A stretch of DNA of 64,000 bases from Candidatus Melainabacteria bacterium (GCA_017307165.1 JAFKGK010000013.1:14520-78519), one strand, 5' to 3'; numbered from the stretch's first letter, positions 49,566-59,701 are shown. Program-made: numbers and translations. Notes: a model not told the origin generated them from the letters alone.

Positions 49566-51110
49566 CTAATTGACGCAGTATAGATTGCCGTCCTGGCTGC
49601 CGATCAGTATGCCGCCGCGCGATGCGGCAGGCGAAGAGACGATGGGACGCTGGGTCTTGAGCTTCCACTTTATAGCGCCGTTGCGGGTGTCGATGGCATA
49701 GAGATTGCTGTCCGGACTGCCGCAATAGAGCATGTTGCCGACAATGGCAGGCGAGGACGAAAGCAGCGGCACAGGCGAGTTGATCTGGGTCTTCCACAGG
49801 AGCTTGCCGGTGTGGCTGTCCATGCAGTAGAGCTTGAGGTCGTCATTGCCGACAAAGATCTTGCCGCCGGCACCGGTGGCAGAGATGCTAAATGATTCGG
49901 GGCAGTTGACCCGCCATTTTTGCTTGCCGCTGGCAGCGTCGATTGCATAAAAGGAATGATCCCAGCTACCGACATAGACGGTGTGGTCCATGATCATCGG
50001 CGAGGCCATGAGGCGGCCGCCAGTGCGAAACTGCCACAATAGCGAGCCGTCGCGCATCGAGATGGCATATATGTAGCCGTTGTGGCAGGTGGCGAGGACC
50101 ATGCCGGGTCCGATGCAAGGCGAGCTAGTGATGCGGCCGGTCTTGATCTGCGCCGTGCCGGTAGCTACTCCAGCGGCAAGAGTATTGGTGTCGGCACCAC
50201 CGGAGAGGGCATGGGCGGTGACGCCGCCGGTCAAGGCGTTGGGATTTGATTTTTCGTTATTGGCGTTTAAATTAGATGCAGGGGAAGAGCCAGAGGAGTC
50301 GGCGGCAGCTGAAGAGGTCGGAGGCACTGTGGCGGCGGGAGTGCTTTGCTCGCCGACCTGACCGACGGCGGTTGCACCCGCGGTGCCGGGAAACTGCCAC
50401 TTGAGCGCACCACTTGCGATATCAATCGCATATACATTACCATCCCATGAGCCGACATAAGCTACTCCATCATGCACGGCAGGCGAGGAGGAGACCCGAT
50501 CTTGGGTGGGTACGGACCAGAGGATCTTGCCGTCGGTACCGTTGAGGCAATAGACTTTTTTGTCTTCGCAACCTACGACTATCTTGCCATTGCTCCAGGC
50601 AGGAGATGATTTGACCTTGTCGCCAAGGCGCGAACGCCAGAGTTGGCGGCCTGTTGCTTCGTCTATGGCATAGACGTGACCGTCATCGGAGCCAACGTAG
50701 ACGACACCCTTGATGATCGCGCATGAGCTATCGATGGGGCCTTCGGCAGGAAAAGTCCATCTAACCTTGCCGCTGGTCGCCAGCGCGAGGTCGGGTGAAG
50801 CCTGTCCGGTATGGCATGGGTTCTGCAAAAACATGGACCAGCCACCATGGTGCCCGGCGATCACCGCCTGCATGGGTGATGCTTGTGCGGTCGCGTTAGC
50901 CGCTTGGGCTGGGGCGTTGAGCGTAGCCGCCGGTTTTGCGACAGCCGTCGGAGCGGGCGTCTGCGGATTTTTGACTGGCGAGCTAACTGGCTTGGTAGCA
51001 GGATTTGAGGTGGTCTGAGCTATGGCATTATTTGCCATATAAAAGGATAGGGCCAAACCGAGGGTAGTCGCGAAAACGGCCTGAGCCGCCACTTTTGATG
51101 AGGTTGTCAT
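49566..51110 (-). CDS. PQQ-like beta-propeller repeat protein (BamB-like fold), secreted
   Basis: It has a signal peptide and repeated blocks (VYVGSWDGNVYAIDIASGALKWQF; LYAIDTRNGAIKWK; GHVYAIDEATGRQLWRS). A low-complexity S/A/T linker sits mid-protein. Confidence 0.7.
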   Translation of the reverse strand: MTTSSKVAAQAVFATTLGLALSFYMANNAIAQTTSNPATKPVSSPVKNPQTPAPTAVAKPAATLNAPAQAANATAQASPMQAVIAGHHGGWSMFLQNPCHTGQASPDLALATSGKVRWTFPAEGPIDSSCAIIKGVVYVGSDDGHVYAIDEATGRQLWRSRLGDKVKSSPAWSNGKIVVGCEDKKVYCLNGTDGKILWSVPTQDRVSSSPAVHDGVAYVGSWDGNVYAIDIASGALKWQFPGTAGATAVGQVGEQSTPAATVPPTSSAAADSSGSSPASNLNANNEKSNPNALTGGVTAHALSGGADTNTLAAGVATGTAQIKTGRITSSPCIGPGMVLATCHNGYIYAISMRDGSLLWQFRTGGRLMASPMIMDHTVYVGSWDHSFYAIDAASGKQKWRVNCPESFSISATGAGGKIFVGNDDLKLYCMDSHTGKLLWKTQINSPVPLLSSSPAIVGNMLYCGSPDSNLYAIDTRNGAIKWKLKTQRPIVSSPAASRGGILIGSQDGNLYCVN

Positions 51111-51478
51111 TATTTAAATTCTTTCCTTTTCGCGAGGGCCGCGACGGTCTTGCAAAACCCACTGACTGTCTCAGTTTTGAGAGGCAGGGGATCGAGCCAT
51201 ATTATAGAGCCTTGTGAAAGTCTTGCCCGGAAATTGATGAACTGGGACTTTCATTAAATCATGGGCGTTTTGGTCACTCTAGATCGGGAGATCATCAGCA
51301 CTTTGGAGGGTGGTCCAACCGAGCTACCTCTAAAACATGCACGGTATCTATATCTCAGATAGCCTTTCCAAAAAAAAATTGCATTTTTCCTCTCAAAATG
51401 GCTTGTTTAAAGCAATTAGTGGTGTTAACATCTCTCTCCGTGGGTTGGGATGAGCATTCCAACAAGGAGAAAACAACA

Positions 51479-51898
51479 ATGAATCGAGCCGAGCTCGTCG
51501 ATACAATCGCAAAGACCACTGGCCAGAACAAGTCCGAAGTGACTCGCACTCTGTCCGCTCTTATTCACACCGTAACTGGCGCTCTTTCTAAGGGCGACAA
51601 AGTTACCCTCGTCGGCTTCGGCACTTTCGAGCGTCGTAACCGCAAAGCCCGCACCGGCCGTAACCCGAGAACTCTCGCTCCCTTGAAGATTCAAGCTGCT
51701 AAAGTTCCCGCTTTCCGCGCTGGCAAAGAGCTCAAGGACATCGTAAACGGCCGCGCTAAGCAGCCCGCTCTCGTCCTCGCTAAAGCCAAAGCTGCTGCTA
51801 AGCCCGTAGCCAAAAAGGCTGCTGCTAAGCCCGCTAAAAAGGCTGCTGCCAAGCCCGCTAAAAAAGCCGTTGCCAAAAAAGGCGGCAAAAAAAGATAG
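51479..51898 (+). CDS. HU/IHF-family DNA-binding protein with lysine/alanine-rich (AAKPAKK)n C-terminal tail
   Basis: An RBS (aaggaga) precedes the ATG at 51479. The HU core is present (MNRAELVDTIAKTTGQNKSEVTRTL..GFGTFERRNRKARTGRNPRT). The tail reads PVAKKAAAKPAKKAAAKPAKKAVAKKGGKKR. Confidence 0.8.
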   Translation: MNRAELVDTIAKTTGQNKSEVTRTLSALIHTVTGALSKGDKVTLVGFGTFERRNRKARTGRNPRTLAPLKIQAAKVPAFRAGKELKDIVNGRAKQPALVLAKAKAAAKPVAKKAAAKPAKKAAAKPAKKAVAKKGGKKR

Positions 51899-51907
51899 GT
51901 CCTAGAT

Positions 51908-51937
51908 GAGAGTGCTCTACTGGCGTAGAGCACTCTC
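51908..51937 (+). terminator. Perfect 13-bp stem-loop just after the HU gene
   Basis: The sequence gagagtgctctac-tggc-gtagagcactctc starts 10 nt after the stop. The downstream tract is only weakly U-rich. Confidence 0.5.
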
Positions 51938-52064
51938 TCTTGAATCGAATCGAAATTATCTCCCTTCGAAAAATATTTTTGCTCAAAGATAGATCGGAGA
52001 TAGGACCAAAAAAATTAGGATGGATTAGGTTAGGTTATCCTCCATTCTCAACCCACAAAAAAAA

Positions 52065-52096
52065 GAGGGCCGCGAAAGCGGTCCTCTTTTTTATTG
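52065..52096. terminator. Rho-independent terminator, bidirectional (A-tract / GNRA-loop hairpin / U-tract)
   Basis: The sequence is aaaaaaaa-agagggccgc-gaaa-gcggtcctct-tttttatt: a 10-bp stem with one G-U pair, flanked by A and T runs. Confidence 0.65.
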
Positions 52097-52467
52097 CTCC
52101 CTGTTTTTAGCTAAATGCCCTGCACCTCTCGCGAGCCGCGCAAGGCTAAAGCGTCGTTAATCTACAACTAATTCGCCCCCGCGGCCTGACTCTGCGAGGC
52201 TCCGCTAAGCACCCGCTTCCTTAGGATTTTCTACTATTAGCTCAAAAGATATGGCTATTAGATGTCATACAGTACAAGAATCATGAGTATATATCTTTTC
52301 TTTTCTCATTAAGTAGAGCTCTTTCTCCACCAACCAAAAAACCATTGCCTCTGCCGCACGCCGCTCACTCTCTCGCCAATAAGCGAGTCAAAGTCGCGCG
52401 GGCAAATCGAGGGTAATACACAGGTTATACAGGTTGGTCCTCCAAACCTTTGATCCGGAGAGACCTT

Positions 52468-53223
52468 ATGGATCTGACTGCCACTCTCGAGCAGATCGGA
52501 CATGCAATGCCCGATTTGTCGACTATCGTACCCGACTGGATGAATCAGTGGTTTCACACCCTGGGCACCAACTCGGTCTTTCTCTCGACGCAAAACTACA
52601 TGCCGCCGCTCCTGGTCGCATTGTTTCTCGGGCTGTTGATCGGCATCGAGCGTCGTCGTCGTCACAAGGTTGCGGGCGTGCGCACCAATATGGTCGTCGC
52701 AGCAAGCTCGTGCCTCATCACCATGGTCGGTCTAGTCGTTTTTGAAGCGACCAAGCTGGGCGATCCTGCTCGCTTGCCGGGTCAGATCATCGCCGGCATC
52801 ACCTTCCTTGGTGCTGGTGTTATCTGGAAGCACGGCTGGAAAACGCAGGGCATCACCACCGCCGCCTTGATTTTGTTTTCGACCGTGACCGGCATCCTTT
52901 GCGGCTTTGGCTATCTGATGTGGGCGACCACCGCCACCATCTCGGTCGTCATCGTCGTGCAATTGTCGTACTGGCTCTTTCCCTCGGACGACAGCAATGA
53001 GCACACGCTGCGCTTTGTCTGCCCGCTCGAAAAGTTTGACGAAGTCCGCGCTCTCTTTCCGAGCAAGGCAAACATCGACCAGTTTACCCGGCGTGAAGGC
53101 GACACCGTAGAGGTGCGCATCAACGCACGGTTGACTCGGGCCGAGCTCAACAATCTGATCTCCACCCATATCCACAACTCCTCGGTGCACGCGATCGATC
53201 TGGTCGACGAACCGGGCAGCTAA
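52468..53223 (+). CDS. mgtC: MgtC/SapB-family membrane protein
   Basis: LLVALFLGLLIGIERRRRHKVAGVRTNMVVAASSCLITMVG is the MgtC signature. The ATG at 52468 follows ggag. Confidence 0.75.
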   Translation: MDLTATLEQIGHAMPDLSTIVPDWMNQWFHTLGTNSVFLSTQNYMPPLLVALFLGLLIGIERRRRHKVAGVRTNMVVAASSCLITMVGLVVFEATKLGDPARLPGQIIAGITFLGAGVIWKHGWKTQGITTAALILFSTVTGILCGFGYLMWATTATISVVIVVQLSYWLFPSDDSNEHTLRFVCPLEKFDEVRALFPSKANIDQFTRREGDTVEVRINARLTRAELNNLISTHIHNSSVHAIDLVDEPGS

Positions 53224-53239
53224 CAGGATCTGCTCATCC

Positions 53240-53851
53240 ATGCGCAACAAGATCTTGGCCATAGTCGCTGCGGTCATGATGGTCTTTGGCGGCGGTACCT
53301 ACACGGGATACCGTCTCCACGACCTGACTGCAAACGACTACTCGACGAGCAAGGACCAGTTTTATAGCAAGACCGTCTTTACGCCGTTCGAGGATGGCCT
53401 GGCAGAGTATCTCAAGTTTCTCGACGGTACGCAGCACAAGCTGCGTATCGCGACCTACGTCCTGACAGAGGACTCGATCACCGACAAGCTGATCGAGCTC
53501 AAAAAGAATCGGGGCGTCGACGTCAAAGTGCTGCTCGACCGTTCGCAGTCGGTGGCGCGATCAGGCAAGTATGTGCAGGAGCAGGTGGCTCGTCTGCGTG
53601 CGGCCGGCATCGAGGTGGTCATCGGCACCTCCGAAAAGAAAGGCCAGATCATGCACCTCAAGTACACGGTGCGTGATGATGCCTGGGTCGAGGATGGCAG
53701 CTGGAATTATTCGGCGTCTGCCAGCTGGCAGAACAACAATCTCGACTTTACCCATGATCCGGCGCGGGCCCAGCGGTTTACCGACAACTGGGATCGCATG
53801 TATCGCTTTGTCATCACCCAGGACCAGACGCCCTGGGACAAGACCGATTGA
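53240..53851 (+). CDS. Phospholipase-D-like (single HKD, Nuc-like) domain protein
   Basis: It has an HxKx4Dx6GSxN motif (MHLKYTVRDDAWVEDGSWNYS) and an N-terminal TM segment or signal peptide. Confidence 0.65.
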   Translation: MRNKILAIVAAVMMVFGGGTYTGYRLHDLTANDYSTSKDQFYSKTVFTPFEDGLAEYLKFLDGTQHKLRIATYVLTEDSITDKLIELKKNRGVDVKVLLDRSQSVARSGKYVQEQVARLRAAGIEVVIGTSEKKGQIMHLKYTVRDDAWVEDGSWNYSASASWQNNNLDFTHDPARAQRFTDNWDRMYRFVITQDQTPWDKTD

Positions 53852-53884
53852 TCGGTTTCAAAATCAAATCACGAAGGACACCCT

Positions 53885-54763
53885 ATGGTCACATCCGCAA
53901 TCGTAATCGTCCTGCTGGCCTGGTTTGGCTGGCGCCTCCGTTATTGGTACGGCGAGGGTCGCAAGCTCGCTCAGAGCGGCTACATGCCTCCGCCGTCGAC
54001 CAAGTTTGCTCGGCTCTTTCTCAAGGGCTTTTGCAAGGTCTTTACGTTTTTGACCGTCGGTCCCGTCAAGGTGATCGATGCCGGCAATGGGCAGTTCACC
54101 GGCCGTGGCCTGGTGCTGCCCAACCATCAGCTGGCGCCTGATTTTGCGGTGATCGGCTCGAGCCTGCCTTTTTCGTTTCGCCAGATCGCAAAGTACAAGG
54201 AGATCCAAAATCCTGTGCTGAGCACTGCGGCGGCATGGATCGGCGTTGTCGGCGTGCAGGTCGAAAACGGCAAGACGCAGGACAATGCAGGCAAGGCGAT
54301 CGTCGATGCCGGTGCCAAAATCCTCGTCAGTTCCAAGGGCAGTCGCATGCTGCTCTTTCCGCAGGGAAAGCTCGTGTGGGACAACGTGCTCCGCACCGAG
54401 GAATACCGCACGGGGGCGACGCGCATCATGGCACAGGCAGCATCGCTGATCGATGGGCAGCCGCTGTACGCTCTGCCTATCGCGATCCACTACCTGCGGG
54501 ATCCTCGTCACAAGACCTGGCTGCACAAGCTGGTCAATGCGGTCGGCATCAAGGGCTTTCGTCGGTATGCCGACTATGAGCTCGTGACCAATGCCGATGG
54601 CACCAAGACCAAAAAGCCGCGTGTGTTTCAGCAGTACGGTGCGGTCGTGGTGATCGGCAAACCGATCTCGGTCTACGATCTGCCGGCTGATCCGCGTGCG
54701 GCAATCGAGGTCGTGCGCGCGGCTACCGACGAGCTTTTGGCGCGAGCAAAGTCATACGAATAA
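53885..54763 (+). CDS. Lysophospholipid (1-acyl-glycerol-3-phosphate) acyltransferase-family protein, PlsC-like
   Basis: It has an N-terminal TM segment, an NHQxxxD motif (PNHQLAPDF) and an FPQG block (LLFPQGKLVW). Confidence 0.6.
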   Translation: MVTSAIVIVLLAWFGWRLRYWYGEGRKLAQSGYMPPPSTKFARLFLKGFCKVFTFLTVGPVKVIDAGNGQFTGRGLVLPNHQLAPDFAVIGSSLPFSFRQIAKYKEIQNPVLSTAAAWIGVVGVQVENGKTQDNAGKAIVDAGAKILVSSKGSRMLLFPQGKLVWDNVLRTEEYRTGATRIMAQAASLIDGQPLYALPIAIHYLRDPRHKTWLHKLVNAVGIKGFRRYADYELVTNADGTKTKKPRVFQQYGAVVVIGKPISVYDLPADPRAAIEVVRAATDELLARAKSYE

Positions 54764-55524
54764 TCGGCTAGGCCGATTAGGCAATGAGAGGGTGCAGGTC
54801 GAAAGATCTGACACTCTCTCATTTTGGTTTTGCATACTGCGTTTTATAGTATAACTGGATTTAGTTTGGTGGAAATGTAGAAATGGTTGGCAGGCAGGAC
54901 ATATTGCCGGCCACTGGTGCTGCGCAATGCGGCCTACACAATTTGCCTCACCTGCCTACACTCACTAAATGACCGACAATTTCCACCATGCAAATCTTCT
55001 CAACAACTAAAAACTCAGTGCAAGCAGTTTACAAGCAGCACATTTAATTTAGCCACTTCACAACCAAATGAACAATACAACGACCGCACAATGGCACTTC
55101 AAGCATTACCACCCACTCAAACAACAATTACGAAAAAATGAATCTCCTCCTTGAGATTGATTGCGCATGGCGTGGAATATATGTATCATGTGATCTAGTT
55201 ATTGAGAATGATTGTCACACCAATCGCTCAGCAGAGGAAATTGTGGATATGAAAAACGAAAGAGCCGCAAGCCAATTTCTCGGATTTCTCGCGCCGACTG
55301 GTCGGATTATCCTTATGCCGCACTCGACTCGCTCAGGCCAGTCCCCTCAGAGAGCTGCCAGCGAGCTGGATGAGATGAGCGAGGCCGCCAATCAAAAAGA
55401 GATCAATGTCATAGAAATGCCCGTAGCGGGACTTTTTGAGTCGACAAAAAATCGCAAGAGCGCTCATGAGAGCCACACTCCCACCTAATCGCACACTAAA
55501 GCGCATCCATTTGACCAGCCCGCC

Positions 55525-55962
55525 GTGAATAACACTTTGGACCCAATACCATTTACAGCGACAAACGCGACAAGTGCCGCCGACTCTCTCGAAACGGAGG
55601 AGGCCAGGACATTGTATGCGTGGATGCAAACCTTTCCTCAGCCCAGCATAGATAAACTAAGACAGATCAATGCAGGGGCGCGCAGCGCCAAGCACGTCCT
55701 GCTCGCGTTGGCCTATGGTGCGACAGATCGCCACGTAGGCAGCGTCAATCGGCTCATAGTCAGCCTCTTAGTCTCAAGAATGAAAGCAGAAAGTCGCCAG
55801 GAGTTATTGAGAATAGCTCGCATCCAGGAGACGTTGACGGCCCTCCATACCGCCATAGACGCTATCACGGGCGTTCCTGCCTATGCGATGCTCAGCAAAG
55901 AAAAGGATGCGCCTTGCCGCAAGCCGATCAGAGCCAAGTTTAAAGATGTCTTGTCCGCTTAA
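55525..55962 (+). CDS. Hypothetical protein (145 aa)
   Basis: It is an ORF of coding-like composition. I recognise no family. Confidence 0.3.
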   Translation: MNNTLDPIPFTATNATSAADSLETEEARTLYAWMQTFPQPSIDKLRQINAGARSAKHVLLALAYGATDRHVGSVNRLIVSLLVSRMKAESRQELLRIARIQETLTALHTAIDAITGVPAYAMLSKEKDAPCRKPIRAKFKDVLSA

Positions 55963-55978
55963 CCAACGAGAAATGTCA

Positions 55979-56133
55979 TAAAAGAGATGTTCTCATTGCC
56001 TGATCCCAGAGAGAAAGAGAGAGAAATGGCATAACAGAGATGTTCTCATTGCCTGATCTCAGAGAGAAAGAGAGAGAAATGGCCTGACAGATATCTGCTC
56101 TTATTGCCTGATCTCAGAGTAAGTAATAAATGC
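55979..56133. repeat. Direct repeats, about 53-bp unit x 2.8
   Basis: agagatgttctcattgcctgatc[c/t]cagagagaaagagagagaaatggc occurs at 55979-56029 and 56033-56083, with a degenerate third copy to 56133. Confidence 0.8.
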
Positions 56134-56264
56134 AATAACGGATGATGGCAATTAGTGTAGGCCGCTTTGCGCAGCACCGGCGGCCGGCTAATTGCCTCAT
56201 CCGTTATCCATAACTACTCTAAAGAGATCACGGCATAGCAGCCTCATCCGTTATCCATAACTAC
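56131..56264. repeat. Nested inverted repeat / hairpin plus a 23-bp direct repeat
   Basis: gcaataacggatgatggcaattag (56131-56154) is inverted relative to ctaattgcctcatccgttatcc (56186-56207). The GC-rich spacer carries an inner ggccgc..gcggcc stem. cctcatccgttatccataactac is repeated at 56242-56264. Confidence 0.75.
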
Positions 56265-56282
56265 CCAAATGAGATCACGACA

Positions 56283-57248
56283 TCAGATGTACTGATCCAA
56301 TTCTCGCCTCGTGATATCCACAAAATAAGCAAACACACTCATTGCAAGCTTATCGACACTATCCAGTTCGCTCGGCAGAGACTGCGCCCGACCGCAGACC
56401 CTCGCCGCCTGCTGATCAAATAAGGCACTGCGATCGTCGACCATCCATTCGGCACACCCCGATCTAATGCGCACATTGATCGATAGTATCGGCCTAAACT
56501 GATCCTCGCTCACGCTCAGCGCCATCGCCTTATCCACAGGCATGACATAAAACTCGAGCTTATTGATGCCACCACGTAGCATCAGCGTATACAGCGAATT
56601 AGAAAGTCTGGCCCTAAAATAAGTAACCGTCTCTTCCGCTTCTCTATTTTTATTGATCGTAATTACCTCTGCCACCTCACCCATGATCGAGCTTGAGATC
56701 TGCAGGCCAGTCCCTTGAGCCACCTTGTTGAGCTCAAAGGCATAATGCTTGAGATGACGAAACAACTGATCGACCAGATAACAAACCGCTGACTTAAACA
56801 AACTATCCTGCAGCTCTCTTTCCGCATCCTCATCCCGACGGCTCTGGATAAAATGCTCGGATTGAGCCTTTAGATCATCCATCCACGACTGCACGTCATC
56901 TGACACTCCAATACCAAAATCACTCAAATGCTTATCCGAAAGCTCGGCATGCGCGATCATCCCAGCAAGTGAGCTACTGTCTTTTATCGCACGCGACTCT
57001 CCAAACTCACCAGCAGCACCCGCCGTCAGGTCATGCCCAAACATCGAACGATCCAGCTGCCGCGGCAAACCCTGTTGCATGGCCGGATGCATATCGACAA
57101 ACTTACGCAATTGCTCGCGCCCCAGAGGTTTGGGCCTATCCGCGCCGCCACGCATACTACCTGATTGCGACTGACCTTTAAGCATAATCACCTCTTTCGT
57201 GCCGATATCTCGATTGTGCTCTCTGGAGCGAGTACCGTCATCGACCAA
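56283..57248 (-). CDS. Hypothetical protein (about 320 aa)
   Basis: It is an ORF of coding-like composition. I recognise no family. The start is uncertain: 57248 or an internal M at 57186. Confidence 0.4.
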   Translation of the reverse strand: MVDDGTRSREHNRDIGTKEVIMLKGQSQSGSMRGGADRPKPLGREQLRKFVDMHPAMQQGLPRQLDRSMFGHDLTAGAAGEFGESRAIKDSSSLAGMIAHAELSDKHLSDFGIGVSDDVQSWMDDLKAQSEHFIQSRRDEDAERELQDSLFKSAVCYLVDQLFRHLKHYAFELNKVAQGTGLQISSSIMGEVAEVITINKNREAEETVTYFRARLSNSLYTLMLRGGINKLEFYVMPVDKAMALSVSEDQFRPILSINVRIRSGCAEWMVDDRSALFDQQAARVCGRAQSLPSELDSVDKLAMSVFAYFVDITRRELDQYI

Positions 57249-57290
57249 AGCGTATTAGCGAAATGGTGTATGCTCCTCTCTATGATAGCC

Positions 57291-58016
57291 ATGCATTTCC
57301 ACGTCGTTACGCTCTTTCCGGATCTCATCCAGACCTATTGCTCCACCAGTATTATCGGTCGCGGAGTCAAGGCCGGACATCTTGCCGTAAATGCCTACAA
57401 TCCCCGCGACTATTGCCAGGACAAATACCGCAAGGTCGATGACACCCCCTATGGTGGTGGCGCCGGCATGGTGCTCAAACCCGAGCCATTTTATGCTTGC
57501 TTTGAGAGCATACCTAGAGAGCCAGACTCTCCGGTACTACTGATGACACCACAAGGCAAACCTTTCAAACAAGCTGACGCTCAGCGACTAGCCGGTCACA
57601 GCCACGTCACTCTGCTTTGCGGCCATTATGAGGGTTTTGACGAGCGCATACGAGCCGTCGCCACCGAGGAGATCTCCATCGGCGATTTTGTCCTCACCGG
57701 CGGTGAGCTTGCCAGCCTCACCATCATCGACGCCGTCGGCCGTCTCGTACCAGGGGTACTGGGCGCAAGCACCTCTCTAGATCACGAATCATTTAACGAA
57801 GGCCTGCTCGAAGGCCCTCAATACACAAAGCCACCAGAGTTTAGAGGCATGTCCGTGCCAGAGGTCTTGCGTGGTGGCAATCACGCTCACATCACGGAAT
57901 GGCGCAGGCAACAAGCCCTCATACGCACATTAGAGAGACGACCGGACCTTTTGCAAACTGCCAAATTGACAGAAAAGGACAGAAAGTTCTTGGCAAAACT
58001 CAAAGAAAGTCTATAA
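57291..58016 (+). CDS. trmD: tRNA (guanine37-N1)-methyltransferase
   Basis: [62 protein letters not shown] is the TrmD signature. Confidence 0.9.
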   Translation: MHFHVVTLFPDLIQTYCSTSIIGRGVKAGHLAVNAYNPRDYCQDKYRKVDDTPYGGGAGMVLKPEPFYACFESIPREPDSPVLLMTPQGKPFKQADAQRLAGHSHVTLLCGHYEGFDERIRAVATEEISIGDFVLTGGELASLTIIDAVGRLVPGVLGASTSLDHESFNEGLLEGPQYTKPPEFRGMSVPEVLRGGNHAHITEWRRQQALIRTLERRPDLLQTAKLTEKDRKFLAKLKESL

Positions 58017-58058
58017 TATAAAAGACTTAATTTTGGTTTCGCATCCGGTGGCGCTTGC

Positions 58059-58862
58059 ATGGCAGAGCTAGCTCGTAAAATACACCCATTGGTACCAGTG
58101 GCAAAGGCAGCCAGATTATTGCGCCTCGACGAAAACCTCCTGATATCGCGCATTTCGCGTGGAGTTATAGCAGGAGAGTGTCGGCGCATCGATAGCACCT
58201 CCAGTGATACTACCAAACCTGGCTCTCGCAAAAAGCGTAGCACCACCACTGGTTACCAAGAGCAGTGGTTTATCCACGCCGACGAGTTTGACCGCTTGCT
58301 AGACGACAAGTTGGCAAACCTGGAGGAGCGAGTCACCACTTCGGGGATGGATGATTTTTTCACCACCAATTTTGACGCCACACCCACCTATGATTTTGCA
58401 CCGCCTAGACAATACCCAGAGATGAGTTTTGTCCCCGGGCACGACGAGTCGGTCGACACTCACCCGCACCGGATTGCGACCGACAGAGCACGCGATCACG
58501 TACATATCAGCGAGTCAGACCTGAGGCCCTCCGACAGCTCGGACGACCACCAGGCCATCGATGCCGAGATGGACGCGCAGTGCGCAACCAAGTCCCAGAC
58601 GACATCCGCTCAGGAGTTTGTTGCCACCACTTTCAATACCGAGCTCTCCAAGACGATCGGTACCGCCATCGCAGCCGAGATCATAGGCATGCTGAGCCAG
58701 GAGGTCGAGCGCAACCAGACGCTGCACGACCGCATCGACTCACTCGAGCGCGAGATCGTCGCCCTCAAGACCGAGCTGTATTACCAGGTCGATAGCAAGC
58801 CTACTGTGGTGTCCCGAGTAGGCGGCTATTTTGCGCGTATGTTTGGCTTAAAGGTGAAGTAG
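58059..58862 (+). CDS. Hypothetical acidic protein (267 aa)
   Basis: It is an ORF of coding-like composition. I recognise no family. Its last about 10 nt overlap the 3' end of rnpB on the other strand. Confidence 0.4.
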   Translation: MAELARKIHPLVPVAKAARLLRLDENLLISRISRGVIAGECRRIDSTSSDTTKPGSRKKRSTTTGYQEQWFIHADEFDRLLDDKLANLEERVTTSGMDDFFTTNFDATPTYDFAPPRQYPEMSFVPGHDESVDTHPHRIATDRARDHVHISESDLRPSDSSDDHQAIDAEMDAQCATKSQTTSAQEFVATTFNTELSKTIGTAIAAEIIGMLSQEVERNQTLHDRIDSLEREIVALKTELYYQVDSKPTVVSRVGGYFARMFGLKVK

Positions 58863-59200
58863 CGTATAAGCCGGGTTCTGTATTTGACCGTCATCTATCT
58901 GGGAGAGCGATCTCTCGCCCCCTCTAGCGGCATCGGCAGAACGAGACGACGGGCAGCCGCTTACTCGATCTATACCTTCGCCTTGCACCTTTAGCGGGGT
59001 TTACCTAGCCAGAGCCTCTCGACTCTGCTGGTGCGCTCTTACCGCACCGTTGCACCCTTGCCTGCTTGCGCAGGCGGTCATCATTTCTGTGGCACTATCC
59101 TCACGCTCACGCGCACTGGGCATTACCCAGCAACCAGCCCTGCGGTGCCCGGACTTTCCTCATTGGCAAGCCAACGCGACAGTCTGCGCTACTTCAGCCC
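58850..59200 (-). ncRNA. rnpB: RNase P RNA (bacterial type A)
   Basis: Three universally conserved motifs are present on the minus strand: GGAAAGUCCGGGC (complement of 59148-59160), GGGUGCAACGGUGCGGUAAGAGCGCACC, and ACAGAACCCGGCUUAU (complement of 58866-58881). The 5' GAAGUAGCG and 3' CGCUACUUC ends pair as helix P1. A TATAAT -10 box sits about 7 nt upstream of the 5' end (complement of 59203-59208). Confidence 0.85.
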
Positions 59201-59386
59201 AGATTATACTGGATGCGCCTGCTGCATCCCCCAAAATTCCCCATTACCTTTCGCCTGCCTTTCACCCAAAACCCGCATGACACGGCGATTATAAAGATTT
59301 AGGCGGTTTATACGAAAAACCACTTTCCAAGTAGCTTCAAACTGTGTTACACATATATCCCTGGTCCGAAGCAAAGAGGTGGCAGC

Positions 59387-59650
59387 ATGCATTTCACATT
59401 AGACGTGGCATTCTTTCTGTTCTTTGCCTTCTTTTGCCTTAGCGTCATCATCTTTCATGCGCTCACGGCTCAACACGGTATCCGTCGCAAGGGCGCAGTG
59501 CCAGCAAGCTACTGGGGCGCTTACTCCAGCTCTGACGCGCCGACAGAGCACAAACCGATGGTCACACCCGACGGTCGCATCATTTTGCCAAAACCTTCCG
59601 ACAAACTTTCCACTACCACTATTGGAAAAGCCGTTCCCGGGGCAAAATAA
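59387..59650 (+). CDS. Small hypothetical membrane protein (87 aa)
   Basis: It has one TM segment (VAFFLFFAFFCLSVIIF). The coding status is uncertain. Confidence 0.25.
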   Translation: MHFTLDVAFFLFFAFFCLSVIIFHALTAQHGIRRKGAVPASYWGAYSSSDAPTEHKPMVTPDGRIILPKPSDKLSTTTIGKAVPGAK

Positions 59651-59701
59651 ATTTGGGGCCGGTGCTTTGCAGGTAAGCACCTGAGCTGCCAGGGTGAAAA
59701 T

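Noticed and set aside
59031-59302. Three overlapping ORFs 59031..59294, 59050..59280 and 59066..59302 (plus)
   Set aside because: They overlie the RNase P RNA gene on the opposite strand and are explained by the structured, stop-poor RNA sequence.
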